Shown here: piece by piece, positions 9,209 through 19,236 of the stretch
Numbering within the stretch: position 1 is the first letter of the stretch
How the letters are laid out: the number at the start of each line of letters is the position of its first letter
Source of the DNA: a virus
Strand: one strand, 5' to 3'
Length of the DNA: 58,009 bases
Virus record (IMG/VR): IMGVR_UViG_3300045988_137753
Location: 1-58,009 of that record
Position numbers and translations under genes: made by a program
The notes under the pieces: generated by a model
The model's database searches: none
Seen by the model: only the letters and a program-made list of their open reading frames with translations
What the model was told of the DNA's origin: nothing

Positions 9209-10600
9209 ATGTTAGAAGATGGGCTACTTTTACAAAGAATACAAGCTAAAATATTAAACAATCAAAGTAAGGCAGATACGATAAGAACTGCCAAAAACTA
9301 TTATAATAATAAAAATGATATTTTACTTAAAGGAATAATACCAAAAGGAGAAGGTAAAGATCCATTAAGAAATGCAGATAATAGAATACCACATAATATT
9401 CATCAAATACTAGTAGATGAAAAAATATCATACCTATTTACATACCCTCCTATAATTGATATAGAAGATAATGAAGAAATCAATGAAAAAGTTAATCAAA
9501 GTTTAGGTAATGAATTTGAAAGAAAATTAAAAAATATTGGAATAGAGGCAAGTAATTGTGGAACTGCATGGATGCATTATTGGATTGAAACAGATGAAGA
9601 CACAAGAGAAAGTAAATTTAAATATGAGGTAGTAAATACAGAAGAAATTATACCGATATATGACAATGGATTAGAAAGAAAGCTAAAAAACATAATTAGA
9701 TATTACAAAGTAAAAGAAGAAGTTTTAAATCAATTAGATGAAATTACATATGCTTATATTGAATATTGGACAAACGATAAAATGATTAGGTGGAAAATGA
9801 AAGATAGCTTCACTAACACTCCAATAGAAGAAAGTGAAGATATAACACATACCTTAGGAGATGTTCCGTTTATCGAATTTTCTAATAACAAAGAAAAACA
9901 AAGTGACTTAGAAAAAATTAAAAGTTTATTGGATTTAAAAGATGTTGTTGTTAGTGGATTTGCTAATGATATAGAAGACATACAACAAATAATATATATA
10001 CTTGAGAATTATGGCGGAACTGATTTGAATGAATTTCTATCAGATTTAAAAAGATATAAAACTGTAAAAACAGAATCTATTGATGGAAACAGTGGAGGAT
10101 TGTCTACATTAAGTATAGATATACCTGTTGAAGCTAGAAATGTACTTATAGAATATCTTAAAAAGCAAATATATGAATCTGGACAAGGATTACAACAAGA
10201 TATAGAAGTTACAGGAAGCGTAAGCGGAGTTGCTCTTAAATTTTATTATAGAAAGTTGGAATTAAAATCCGGGTTATTAGAAACTGAATTTAGAACATCT
10301 ATAAATCATTTAATAAAGGCTATTTTAAAATTTTTAGGAATAACAGAAAATTATAAAATATCTCAGACTTATACTAGAAATATGATATCTAATGATTTAG
10401 AAGCAGCACAAATAGCTCAAATGTCAACTGGAATAATATCTAAGAAAACAATACTTGAAAATCATCCTTGGGTAGAAGATACAGTAAAAGAAGAGGAAAG
10501 ATTAGATGAAGAAAAACAACAAGAAGAGTCAATATTTGAACAAGAGTATAGTATGCAACAAGAAAAACCTGCTGAAGTAGGTGAAGAAGATAATGAATAG
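9209..10600 (+). CDS. portal protein (SPP1 gp6-like)
   Basis: About 460-aa ORF directly after terL with an acidic C-terminus; ATG 9209 follows AGGAGG. Confidence 0.75.
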   Translation: MLEDGLLLQRIQAKILNNQSKADTIRTAKNYYNNKNDILLKGIIPKGEGKDPLRNADNRIPHNIHQILVDEKISYLFTYPPIIDIEDNEEINEKVNQSLGNEFERKLKNIGIEASNCGTAWMHYWIETDEDTRESKFKYEVVNTEEIIPIYDNGLERKLKNIIRYYKVKEEVLNQLDEITYAYIEYWTNDKMIRWKMKDSFTNTPIEESEDITHTLGDVPFIEFSNNKEKQSDLEKIKSLLDLKDVVVSGFANDIEDIQQIIYILENYGGTDLNEFLSDLKRYKTVKTESIDGNSGGLSTLSIDIPVEARNVLIEYLKKQIYESGQGLQQDIEVTGSVSGVALKFYYRKLELKSGLLETEFRTSINHLIKAILKFLGITENYKISQTYTRNMISNDLEAAQIAQMSTGIISKKTILENHPWVEDTVKEEERLDEEKQQEESIFEQEYSMQQEKPAEVGEEDNE

Positions 10601-11612
10601 TAAACAGTATTGGATAGATAGAGAAAATCAGAAACTCAATAAAGGCATTAAGGATTGCAATAATTTAGCTAAAGAATTAGAACATCATTACAAACTAGCC
10701 AATAAAGAAATAGAAAAAGAAATTAATAATCTATTTGAAAAATATGCAAAAGATAATGAACTGACTTATGCAGAAGCAACTAAATATTTAACAGGAAATG
10801 AGTTTAAAATATGGAGAACTGATATAAAAGGATATCTTAAAATGATTGAAGATAATCCGGAGTTATTATTAGAGCTTAATACTTTAGCTATGAAAAGTAG
10901 AATTACACGTTGGGAATCATTGCAGTATGAAATTGATAAACAACTTAATAAATTAGCTATAACAACTGAGAAAGAAACCAAGGAGCTCCTAACGGATACA
11001 TTGAAAGACAATTATAACAGAAATGTATTTAATATATCTAAAAAAGCTGGATTTGTAGCAAATTTCAGTGGAATAGATAATAAGCAAATAGAAAGAATAC
11101 TTAGTCATCCATGGAGCGGTGCTAATTATAGTGATAGGATATGGAAAAATAAAAGCCTATTAAAAGATATAATTAAAGAAGAAATGACTCAAATGGTTAT
11201 ACAAGGAAGAGATAGTAGAACTATAGCTAAAAGAGTTGCTACTAGAATGAATGCAAGCTATAAAAATGCAGTCAGATTAGTACAGACAGAACATAGTTAT
11301 GTTATGGAACAAGCTAATAAAATTACTTATGAAGATTTAAAAGTTGAAAAATATCAATTTCTTGCTACTCCAGATGAAAGAACTTGTAAAGTTTGTGGTA
11401 ATTTAGATTTAAAAATATTCAATGTAAAAGATATGATACCTGGTAAAAATTGCAGCCCACTGCATCCTTCGTGTAGATGCACTTCTTTATTGTACTATGA
11501 AGATGAAGATGATGAAAATAGCACAAGATTTGCAAGAGATAAGAATGGAAAAAGAATTGAGATACCAAGCAATATGACATTTAATGAATGGAAGAAAAAA
11601 TATATTGATTAG
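10593..11612 (+). CDS. head morphogenesis protein (SPP1 gp7 / Mu F family)
   Basis: CKVCGNLD...LHPSCRC C-terminal motif; position after portal. Confidence 0.8.
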   Translation: MNSKQYWIDRENQKLNKGIKDCNNLAKELEHHYKLANKEIEKEINNLFEKYAKDNELTYAEATKYLTGNEFKIWRTDIKGYLKMIEDNPELLLELNTLAMKSRITRWESLQYEIDKQLNKLAITTEKETKELLTDTLKDNYNRNVFNISKKAGFVANFSGIDNKQIERILSHPWSGANYSDRIWKNKSLLKDIIKEEMTQMVIQGRDSRTIAKRVATRMNASYKNAVRLVQTEHSYVMEQANKITYEDLKVEKYQFLATPDERTCKVCGNLDLKIFNVKDMIPGKNCSPLHPSCRCTSLLYYEDEDDENSTRFARDKNGKRIEIPSNMTFNEWKKKYID

Positions 11613-11620
11613 GAGGAAAT

Positions 11621-11887
11621 ATGAAATTACAAGATACAATAGAAATGATGAATAGTGCTGATTACAATGAAAGATTTAAAGCGGAATTTTATCAATTAAA
11701 AATTAGAATATGTAAATTAGATAACATGGTGTCTAAATATAAATTAGGTGAATTACCATTTGAACCTAATTGTAGTTATGATTTATTAAATGGACAATTA
11801 AAAGCTATGAGATTATATCAATCATATTTAATAGAAAGAGCAGAAATAGAAAATATAGAAATAGATACAACTTTAAATAGTTTATAG
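11621..11887 (+). CDS. hypothetical protein
   Basis: 88-aa ORF after AGGAGGAAA. Confidence 0.5.
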   Translation: MKLQDTIEMMNSADYNERFKAEFYQLKIRICKLDNMVSKYKLGELPFEPNCSYDLLNGQLKAMRLYQSYLIERAEIENIEIDTTLNSL

Positions 11888-11895
11888 GAGGGTTT

Positions 11896-12159
11896 ATGGC
11901 AAGATATAAAACAAGACCTTGTGAAATAGAGGCATTTCAATTTACAAGAGATAATTTTAAAGAAATAGAAAAGTTTACAAATGGAAATGCTTTTGATTTC
12001 TATTTTAATGAACAATTACCAAATAATACTTCATGTAAAATACATACATCAGAAGGAGTAATGGTGGCAAGTGAATATGACTATATAATAAAAGGTTTAA
12101 GAGGAGAATATTATCCTTGCAAACCAGATGTATTTGAAAAGAAATATGAAGCTATTTAG
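11896..12159 (+). CDS. hypothetical protein
   Basis: 87-aa ORF after AGGAGGG. Confidence 0.5.
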   Translation: MARYKTRPCEIEAFQFTRDNFKEIEKFTNGNAFDFYFNEQLPNNTSCKIHTSEGVMVASEYDYIIKGLRGEYYPCKPDVFEKKYEAI

Positions 12160-12170
12160 CTTCTTTTTTT
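12148..12170 (+). terminator. rho-independent terminator
   Basis: GAAGCT-ATTT-AGCTTC followed by T7. Confidence 0.5.
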
Positions 12171-12272
12171 ATTGTCTTTTTTAGTATTTGCTAGACGTAA
12201 AAGAAGTAAATGCTGCTAAAATAATTCGACAAGTAAAAGTCGTATAAAAACGTAAATTATGGAGGTATTAAA

Positions 12273-12890
12273 ATGAAAAGAATTTTTTTAAAAGAGTTAG
12301 GAATAGATAGTGAAGTTATAGATAAAATCATGAGCGAACATGGCAAGGATATCGAAAGATATAAATCTGAAATAGAAGATTACGCTTCTGAGATAAAAGA
12401 ACTTAAAGCTAAAACTGTTGATTCAGAAAAAGCGATACAAGATGCTATATCTAAAAAAGAAGAAGAATTGAAACAAAAATATGCTGATAAAGAAAAAGAA
12501 TTCAAAGAAATGCAAAAGAAAGCTGAAAAGGCAGAGGAGTATTCAAAAGAACTAGAGAGCTTAAAACAAGCTCAAAGTGATAGAGAATACACAGAAGCTA
12601 TAAATAATTATTTCAATGATAACAAGATTGATTTTACAAGTAACTTTGCTAAAGAAGCTATACTTAGCAAATTTAAAGAAAAGAAATTTGAATTAAAAGA
12701 TGGTAAATTTAGTGAAGATGCTTCTAAATTCATAGAAGAACTTAAAAAGAGTGATGAAGGAGCGTTCAAAATGACTGAACCGCCTAAAAATAATTCAAAT
12801 ACACAAACGTATCAATATACACCTAAGGGAACTAATACAGAAGATACAGATTCAATGTTGTCCCAAGTCAATTCTATTTTGGGATTATAA
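12273..12890 (+). CDS. capsid scaffolding protein (GP20-like)
   Basis: Highly charged coiled-coil ORF immediately upstream of the capsid gene. Confidence 0.65.
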   Translation: MKRIFLKELGIDSEVIDKIMSEHGKDIERYKSEIEDYASEIKELKAKTVDSEKAIQDAISKKEEELKQKYADKEKEFKEMQKKAEKAEEYSKELESLKQAQSDREYTEAINNYFNDNKIDFTSNFAKEAILSKFKEKKFELKDGKFSEDASKFIEELKKSDEGAFKMTEPPKNNSNTQTYQYTPKGTNTEDTDSMLSQVNSILGL

Positions 12891-12915
12891 TTAAATTTAA
12901 AAGGAGAGGATAAAC

Positions 12916-13860
12916 ATGACAGCTATAAATACATTAGCTTATGCACAAATATTACAACAAGCTTTAGATCAAAAAGCAATACACACTTTATTAACAGGAT
13001 GGATGGACTCAAATGCAGGACAAGTTAAATATGTTGGAGGGAATGAAGTTAAAATACCTCAAATGTCAGTTGATGGTTTAGCTGATTATAATAGAAGTGA
13101 TGCTGGAGCAGGATATGTTCAAGGAGCGGTAACATTATCTTATAAAACATATACTATGAGTCAAGACAGAGGACGTAAATTTCAATTAGATGCAATGGAT
13201 GTAGATGAAACTAACTTTGTTGCAACTGCTACAAACGTAATGAATGTATTTCAAACTGAAAAAGTAGTACCAGAGGTTGATGCATATAGATTATCTAAAT
13301 TAGCTACTACAGCAATAGGTGTAGCTAATGACACAAATGTTGAATATGGATATACTCCAGCAAAAGATACAGTACTAACTAAAATAAAAGCTGGTATAAA
13401 AGTAATAAGAGAAAATGGGTATCAAGGAGAATTAGTAATACATGCTAACTATGATACAGTTACAGAATTAGAATTAGCTATGGCAGGAAAACTAGCGGCA
13501 GTAACTTTCTCACAAGGTGGCATAAACACTCAAGTTCCAGCAGTAGATGGATGTGCAATAATAAAAACTCCAGCTAACAGAATGTACTCAGCAATAACTT
13601 TAAATGATGGAACTACTTCAACTCAAACAGCAGGAGGATATGCAAAAGCAGCAAAAGCATTAGATGTTAACTTTATAATAGTTCCAAGAGAAGTACCAAT
13701 AGCAGTAACAAAACAAGATAAAATGAGAATATTTGACCCAGATACAAACCAAAATGCAAACGCTTGGGTGATGGATTATAGAAGATACCATGAATTATGG
13801 GTGTTAGATAACAAGAAAAACTTAGTATTTGCTAATATAAAAGATGCTAAATCTAGTTAA
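12916..13860 (+). CDS. major capsid protein
   Basis: 314-aa ORF after scaffold with strong RBS, followed by a terminator; composition is typical of capsid proteins. Confidence 0.7.
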   Translation: MTAINTLAYAQILQQALDQKAIHTLLTGWMDSNAGQVKYVGGNEVKIPQMSVDGLADYNRSDAGAGYVQGAVTLSYKTYTMSQDRGRKFQLDAMDVDETNFVATATNVMNVFQTEKVVPEVDAYRLSKLATTAIGVANDTNVEYGYTPAKDTVLTKIKAGIKVIRENGYQGELVIHANYDTVTELELAMAGKLAAVTFSQGGINTQVPAVDGCAIIKTPANRMYSAITLNDGTTSTQTAGGYAKAAKALDVNFIIVPREVPIAVTKQDKMRIFDPDTNQNANAWVMDYRRYHELWVLDNKKNLVFANIKDAKSS

Positions 13861-13876
13861 AATAAAGGTGATTTAA

Positions 13877-14014
13877 ATGTATGAGCTTAAAAAAGACAAT
13901 GTTCATAGAATAGTTGAAACAAAACAGCAAGTAGAAGTATTGCTATCAAGAGGATATGAACTAATTGAAGATACTAAATTAAAAAAGAAAAAAGCTAAAA
14001 AGGGAGAGGATTAA
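13877..14014 (+). CDS. hypothetical 45-aa protein
   Basis: ATG after AAAGGTGA; lysine-rich tail. Confidence 0.4.
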   Translation: MYELKKDNVHRIVETKQQVEVLLSRGYELIEDTKLKKKKAKKGED

Positions 14015-14029
14015 TGTCCTCTCTTTTTT
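14002..14029 (+). terminator. rho-independent terminator
   Basis: GAGAGGA..TCCTCTC followed by T6. Confidence 0.55.
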
Positions 14030-14044
14030 ATTGTAGGTGAAATT

Positions 14045-14458
14045 ATGCTTGAAAATATAAAAGCTTTATTAAATATTACTAAAAATGATTATGACTCATT
14101 AATAGAATTGTATATAAAAAAAGTTACTAAAAGAGTAAAAGGATATTGCAATATAGAAGATTTTTTAGTTCTTCCACAGATAGACCAAGATGCTATAAAT
14201 GAATTTATAGAAGACAAGGTAGCTAATATAATGGCATATAAATTAAGTGTGTTGGGCGAAAATGTAGATGATTCATCGACTTCTACTCCAGCGAATCAAG
14301 GAGCGATAAAATCAATTACTAGAGGTTCTGTAAGAATAGAATACAACTATGATAGTGTATCATCAGAAAGCATAAGCAATTCCAGTACAAAAACATCCCC
14401 GGAATTAACAGACGAAGAAATGAAGATACTTAATAAGTACAGAAAATTAAGATTTTAG
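14045..14458 (+). CDS. head-tail connector (gp6-like)
   Basis: LLNITKNDYDSLIELYIKKVTKRVKGYCN N-terminus is typical of gp6-like connectors; gene order. Confidence 0.5.
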   Translation: MLENIKALLNITKNDYDSLIELYIKKVTKRVKGYCNIEDFLVLPQIDQDAINEFIEDKVANIMAYKLSVLGENVDDSSTSTPANQGAIKSITRGSVRIEYNYDSVSSESISNSSTKTSPELTDEEMKILNKYRKLRF

Positions 14459-14469
14459 GAGGTGTTATT

Positions 14470-14823
14470 ATGGCAAGTGAAGCGGATATAATAGCAACTC
14501 TGTATTTTGATAACATGGATATATATAGAAAAGAAAAAGTTAAAAACCCTAATACTGGGATTACAACTATGCAAGAAATATTAAAATATTCTGATCTCAA
14601 ATGTTCATTAGACAAAGGGAGTGAAACAACAGTAGCAGGCGAAACAGGAACAGCCTATATTTCAGCAGCTTATAAATTATTTTGCAGACCAACAGTAGAC
14701 ATACAAGTTGGAGATAAGTTAGTTATAACTTACAATGGAAGAACAGAAGAATTTGAGGCCGGCGAACCTTATCCATATAAATCTCATATAGAAACTCCAG
14801 TCACTAAGAAGGTGAGAGTATAA
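14470..14823 (+). CDS. head closure / head-tail adaptor protein
   Basis: Size and position only. Confidence 0.35.
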   Translation: MASEADIIATLYFDNMDIYRKEKVKNPNTGITTMQEILKYSDLKCSLDKGSETTVAGETGTAYISAAYKLFCRPTVDIQVGDKLVITYNGRTEEFEAGEPYPYKSHIETPVTKKVRV

Positions 14824-15054
14824 TGAGTGGATATAGTTTTGAAATAAGTGGAATAGATGAACTTATAAATCAAATAGAACGAACAAGAATTAATTTTCCA
14901 AGGGATTTGCAAAAATTAATTGAAAAACATGGAGGTATTTTACTTAGAAATACTAAAATGAAATCCCCAGTTAACACAGGTCAGTTAAGAAGAAGCTGGG
15001 AATTAGAAAAAGGAGATTTATATATTAAAATTTACAATAATACTGAATATGGGT
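14823..15054 (+). CDS. HK97 gp10-like tail-completion protein, exon 1
   Basis: The ORF stops just after NNTEYG, inside the conserved YA.YVEYG block. Confidence 0.6.
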
Positions 15055-15337
15055 TAAGCATATAGCCCATGTAAAACTCGGCAAATACGAAGAAGGCTAA
15101 GTATAATTATATATGCTAACATCGTGCTAAGATACTAGATTACGAAAGGCTGGTGTCCAGCGTAGAGCGTAGTAAGTGAATAAATATAATCTTACCAAGA
15201 GTGCCGAGCAATCCAATAAGGGTTGCTTTTTTATTGGATTGAAAATGTACGCCAAGCTGGGTTGGAATAGACCAACTGATGAAAATGAGGGAAACCTCCA
15301 GAGTATAGGATAAAAAGCCTATAGATAATAACAAATG
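15055..15337 (+). mobile_element. ORF-less group-I-like intron
   Basis: Joining U15054 to 15338 gives NNTEYGLYVEYGHRIVG. The intron ends ...GATAATAACAAATG. Internal pairing CTCGGCA/TGCCGAG. Confidence 0.65.
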
Positions 15338-15492
15338 TATATGTTGAATATGGACATAGAATTGTAGGAAGAGATGGAAAAGTTAAAGGAGTAGCTGAAG
15401 GAGTTTATATGCTAAAAACCTCTTTTGAAAAAACTAAAAAAAATTTTGAAGAAGATTTAGAAAATCTATTTAAAAAATATGGCTTCAAATAG
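15338..15492 (+). CDS. HK97 gp10-like protein, exon 2
   Basis: Reads (L)YVEYGHRIVGRDGKVKGVAEGVYMLKTSF...KKYGFK* and has no RBS of its own. Confidence 0.6.
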
Positions 15493-15503
15493 GAGGTGAT
15501 TAA

Positions 15504-16067
15504 ATGATACCTCTAAAAAGTATATTATTCGCTACTACGAAAGCAGTAGCAGAAAATTTTCCGCAAGATGTATATATAGAAGATGACAATACGCAAGGCT
15601 TTGATAAGTCTTGTTTTTTTGTACAAATATTGCCTATTTCAAGTTCAGCTATAACTAGAATATCTAACCTAAGAACTATATCAGTATCAATAAAGTATCT
15701 ACAACAAGCAGGAGAAAGTATAACAAATATATATGATGCCAGTGATAGACTTGAAAAAATATTTGGAAGGACTTTATTTGTAGATGATACTTATCTGACA
15801 GTAGATGATATAGAAAGCAATATATATTCAGATGAAGTAGGTAGAATACTCGATTTCATGATACATCTTGATTTTGATGATATTAAATATTCACAATATA
15901 CGGGTCCGTTGGATAATCCGGATAGCGAACCAACAGAATATGAATTAATGAAAGAATTACATTTACAACTTAATGAATTAAGAAATATAACAATAGAAGC
16001 TGATGATCCTACTTTGCCAATAGTGGACAAAGCTATTGTAGATATTTCAAAATTATTAGAGAATTAA
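15504..16067 (+). CDS. tail terminator / sheath-initiator-region protein (hypothetical)
   Basis: Position between the gp10-like gene and the sheath gene. Confidence 0.35.
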   Translation: MIPLKSILFATTKAVAENFPQDVYIEDDNTQGFDKSCFFVQILPISSSAITRISNLRTISVSIKYLQQAGESITNIYDASDRLEKIFGRTLFVDDTYLTVDDIESNIYSDEVGRILDFMIHLDFDDIKYSQYTGPLDNPDSEPTEYELMKELHLQLNELRNITIEADDPTLPIVDKAIVDISKLLEN

Positions 16068-16083
16068 AAGGAGAGTGAAATAA

Positions 16084-17169
16084 ATGGCTTTAGGATTACC
16101 AAGTATAAGTATTAAATTTATACAAGAAGGTATTACTGCTATAAGCAGAGGATCCAGAGGTATAGTTGCAATGATAATAAAGGAAGAAAAAGCTATATCT
16201 CCTGCAACTATAGTTGATGTAACTGATATACCTAGCGATGTGACAGATAATAATAAGCAACTTATAACGAATGCTTTAATAGGAAATACAAGTGCACCAC
16301 TAAGATTAGAACTATACATTATAAGTGGAGAATTAACTTTACAAGATGCTTTAAGTTATTTTGAAAATACACAATTTGACTATTTATGCTACCCATCAGC
16401 TGTAGATGAAGATAAAACAGCAATAGTAACATGGATTAAATCGCAAAGAAATTTAGGAAATATGGTTAAGGCAGTATTAGCTAATGAAACAGCTGATTAT
16501 GAAGGAATAATAAATGTAACTCAAAGTGGAGTAGTTGTAGGAGAAAAAACTTATACTGCTGCTGAATTTACTGCAAGAGTTGCAGGATTAATAGCTGGAA
16601 CAGATTTAAGAATGTCAACCACTTATACTTCTGTACCAGAAGTTGATTTGATACCTTATGAATCAAGAACTGAAACAACTGAAAAAGTAGGGAAAGGCGA
16701 ATTTATTCTTTATAAGGAATCAGGAAGAATAAAAGTGGCAAGAGGAGTAAACAGCTTAACTACTGTATCTGATACAACTGTAACAGATATACAAAGTAAA
16801 GGTGATTTATTTCAAAAAATTAAGACTGTTGACATAATGGACTTAATAGCAAATGACATAAGAAAAACTGCAAGAGATGCATATATTGGAAAATTAAGTA
16901 ACAGTTATGATAATAAAGTATTACTAATTACAGCTATCCATGGTTATTTTGATGGATTGATTAATGATGGACTAGTTGAAAAAAATACAGTAACAGTTGA
17001 TATAGATATGGAAGAACAAAAGAAATACTTAAAATCAAATGGAGTTAATATATCTACTATGAGCGATCAACAGATAAGAGAAGCAAATACAGGAGATCAA
17101 GTGTTTATAGCAGTAGAATGTAAAATTCTTGATGCGATAGAAAGTATTAGCATTCGCTGCTTCATCTGA
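16084..17169 (+). CDS. contractile tail sheath protein (XkdK-like)
   Basis: 361-aa ORF directly upstream of the XkdM-like tube gene; gene order sheath-tube-chaperone-TMP. Confidence 0.7.
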   Translation: MALGLPSISIKFIQEGITAISRGSRGIVAMIIKEEKAISPATIVDVTDIPSDVTDNNKQLITNALIGNTSAPLRLELYIISGELTLQDALSYFENTQFDYLCYPSAVDEDKTAIVTWIKSQRNLGNMVKAVLANETADYEGIINVTQSGVVVGEKTYTAAEFTARVAGLIAGTDLRMSTTYTSVPEVDLIPYESRTETTEKVGKGEFILYKESGRIKVARGVNSLTTVSDTTVTDIQSKGDLFQKIKTVDIMDLIANDIRKTARDAYIGKLSNSYDNKVLLITAIHGYFDGLINDGLVEKNTVTVDIDMEEQKKYLKSNGVNISTMSDQQIREANTGDQVFIAVECKILDAIESISIRCFI

Positions 17170-17350
17170 TGCCATTGAAATAAAAAATCAGATGCTTTGT
17201 ATAATATTTCCATAAAATATCTATAATATAAATTTAAAAATGGTTCATCTATCAATAGAGAAGCTAATAGAATGGAAGTAGATTTTAAAACAATAAAAAC
17301 TGCAATAAAAAGACTTGAAGATGAAATATATGATTTATAAACAATTTTTA

Positions 17351-17384
17351 AGGACTTAATTTTTATTAAGTTCTTTTTATTTTA
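17351..17384 (+). terminator. rho-independent terminator
   Basis: GGACTTAAT-TTTT-ATTAAGTTC followed by a T-run. Confidence 0.45.
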
Positions 17385-17402
17385 TATAGGAGGTGTTTTT
17401 AG

Positions 17403-17438
17403 TTGAAAGCTAACGAAGTAATAAATGGTACTTGGGGT
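17403..17438 (+). CDS. tail tube protein (XkdM-like), exon 1 (12 codons)
   Basis: GGAGGTG RBS then TTG; reads MKANEVINGTWG and ends in U. Confidence 0.6.
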
Positions 17439-18786
17439 AAGTGTATTACTTCTATCCAACTTTGCCCCACTAAGTAGAAATATTTAGTTAAAAAACGGGA
17501 GAATTCAAAGAAAACCTAAGAATAATAACTATATTTATGATATAATATAAGTATAGGATAGTTAGGAAAGTCGCGAGTCTTAACGAAAAGGGATTATCCG
17601 AAGTCCCCTTCCTATTTATAAGTATTCGGAAATAAAAAACTATCGGAGGTTTTATTTTTATGAAGAAATACACTTTTGATAAAATAAAAGAAATAGTAGA
17701 AAGTAATGGATTTGAATTACTAAACGCAGATGATCCAAAGTTAAATGCTAAAATTACAATAAAATGTTCTGAAGGGCATATAAAAACAGTAACATTTAAT
17801 AGCTTTTTTAAAAGACCAATATGTTATAAATGCAATCCTCATTGGAATGCTATGAGTGAAAAAGAATTTTTAGAAAAATTAGCAAATTCTAATACAAACT
17901 GCAAATTAATAAGTAAATATACAAAGGCATCTGACAAAATGAAATTCAAATGTTTAGGATGTGGTAATGAATTTTATGCTAGAGGACAACATATACTAGA
18001 TGGACATAAATGTAAAGCATGTGCATTTTTAGAGTATGGAGACAAAAGAAGAAAAACACATGAAATATTTGAAAAGGAAATTAAAGAAAAGTATGGAGAT
18101 GAATTTATTTTACTATCTGAATATAAAGGGGATAAAGAAAAGATAAAATGTCTACATACTAAATGTGGTAAAATATCAGAAAAAAATGCAGGAACATTAT
18201 TAGGAAATGGAGGATGCAAATATTGTAAAGAAAGTAAAGGAGAAAATGCTATAAAACTATTTCTTGAAAATAATCATATTCAATACGAAAGAGAATATAG
18301 GAATAAAGAATGCAGATATAAATATACTTTACCTTTTGATTTTGCTATATACAAAGACAATAAATTAAAATTTTTAATTGAATATGATGGAGAGCTACAT
18401 TATAAACCAGGAAGATGGAAAGAAGCTAAAAATAAACTTGCTTCTAATTTAATGAAGGACAATATCAAAAGTGAATTTGCCAAACAACATAAAATAAAAT
18501 TAATAAGAATACCATATTGGGAATTTAATAATATAGATGAAATATTATATCATGAATTAAGAACTCTTTTATAGGGTTCTTTTTTATTTATGGCAACTTT
18601 GAACCGAGCCTAACAAATATCATAAAAGTAGTTAGGAAGGCGCAACGACTAACTCTTGCGGAAGATAACCAATAATAGAGACACGAGCACCCGTTACCTT
18701 ACTATTAAGTTAAAGGTAAAGACATAGTCTGGACTCATGGGAAACCATGAGAAATGTAGAATAAAATGCTACATGATAACAAAATG
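17439..18786 (+). mobile_element. group-I-like intron in the tail tube gene carrying a PD-(D/E)xK-type endonuclease
   Basis: Joining 17438 to 18787 gives INGTWGEVWINDVLV (XkdM-like N-terminus). The 3' end GATAACAAAATG is identical to that of the terL intron. Confidence 0.7.
17660..18574 (+). CDS. intron-encoded endonuclease: zinc-ribbon repeats plus Vsr/DUF559-like PD-(D/E)xK domain
   Basis: Three CxxC..CxxC ribbons; C-terminal PFDFAIY...LIEYDGELH motif. Confidence 0.6.
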   Translation: MKKYTFDKIKEIVESNGFELLNADDPKLNAKITIKCSEGHIKTVTFNSFFKRPICYKCNPHWNAMSEKEFLEKLANSNTNCKLISKYTKASDKMKFKCLGCGNEFYARGQHILDGHKCKACAFLEYGDKRRKTHEIFEKEIKEKYGDEFILLSEYKGDKEKIKCLHTKCGKISEKNAGTLLGNGGCKYCKESKGENAIKLFLENNHIQYEREYRNKECRYKYTLPFDFAIYKDNKLKFLIEYDGELHYKPGRWKEAKNKLASNLMKDNIKSEFAKQHKIKLIRIPYWEFNNIDEILYHELRTLL

Positions 18787-19170
18787 GAAGTTTGGATAAA
18801 TGATGTATTAGTTGATGAAATAGCAGCTTTTCAAGCCAAGATAGAATTTGACAAAGAAGATATAGATATCTGCGGTGAAATGATGACTCAACATAAAATA
18901 ACAGGATATAGCGGAACTGGCTCTATGACACTTAAGAAAACAAACTCTAGAATGATAAAATTGTTAGCTAATTTCATGAAAGATGGTCTAGAACCGGATG
19001 TAACAATAGTTGGGAAATTAGCTGACCCAGGTAATGGAGAAAGCGAAAGAATAAGTATATCAGGAGTATCCTTTGATGATTTAACTTTATTTGATTTTGA
19101 AGTTAAAAAATTAGGAGAAGTGGAATGCCCATTCACTTTTACAAAATATAAATTTATAGATTTAATATAA
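18787..19170 (+). CDS. tail tube protein (XkdM-like), exon 2
   Basis: EVWINDVLVDEIAAFQAKIEF...HKITGYSGTGSMTLKK is typical of XkdM-type tubes. Confidence 0.7.
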   Translation, partial: EVWINDVLVDEIAAFQAKIEFDKEDIDICGEMMTQHKITGYSGTGSMTLKKTNSRMIKLLANFMKDGLEPDVTIVGKLADPGNGESERISISGVSFDDLTLFDFEVKKLGEVECPFTFTKYKFIDLI

Positions 19171-19183
19171 AAAATAATATCAT

Positions 19184-19220
19184 AAAGGCTTTGGTGTTTC
19201 TAACTAAAGCCTATTTTTAT
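19184..19220 (+). terminator. rho-independent terminator
   Basis: AGGCTTT..AAAGCCT followed by T5. Confidence 0.45.
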
Positions 19221-19236
19221 TTTAGGAGGAAATCAA

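Noticed and set aside
17170-17350. Possible fourth intron or exon after the sheath gene (short ORF fragments such as MEVDFKTIKTAIKRLEDEIYDL)
   Set aside because: The sheath ORF ends with a plausible native C-terminus. No shared ATAACAAAATG intron end is present, and a terminator follows. It is more likely ordinary intergenic sequence or a tiny unverified ORF.
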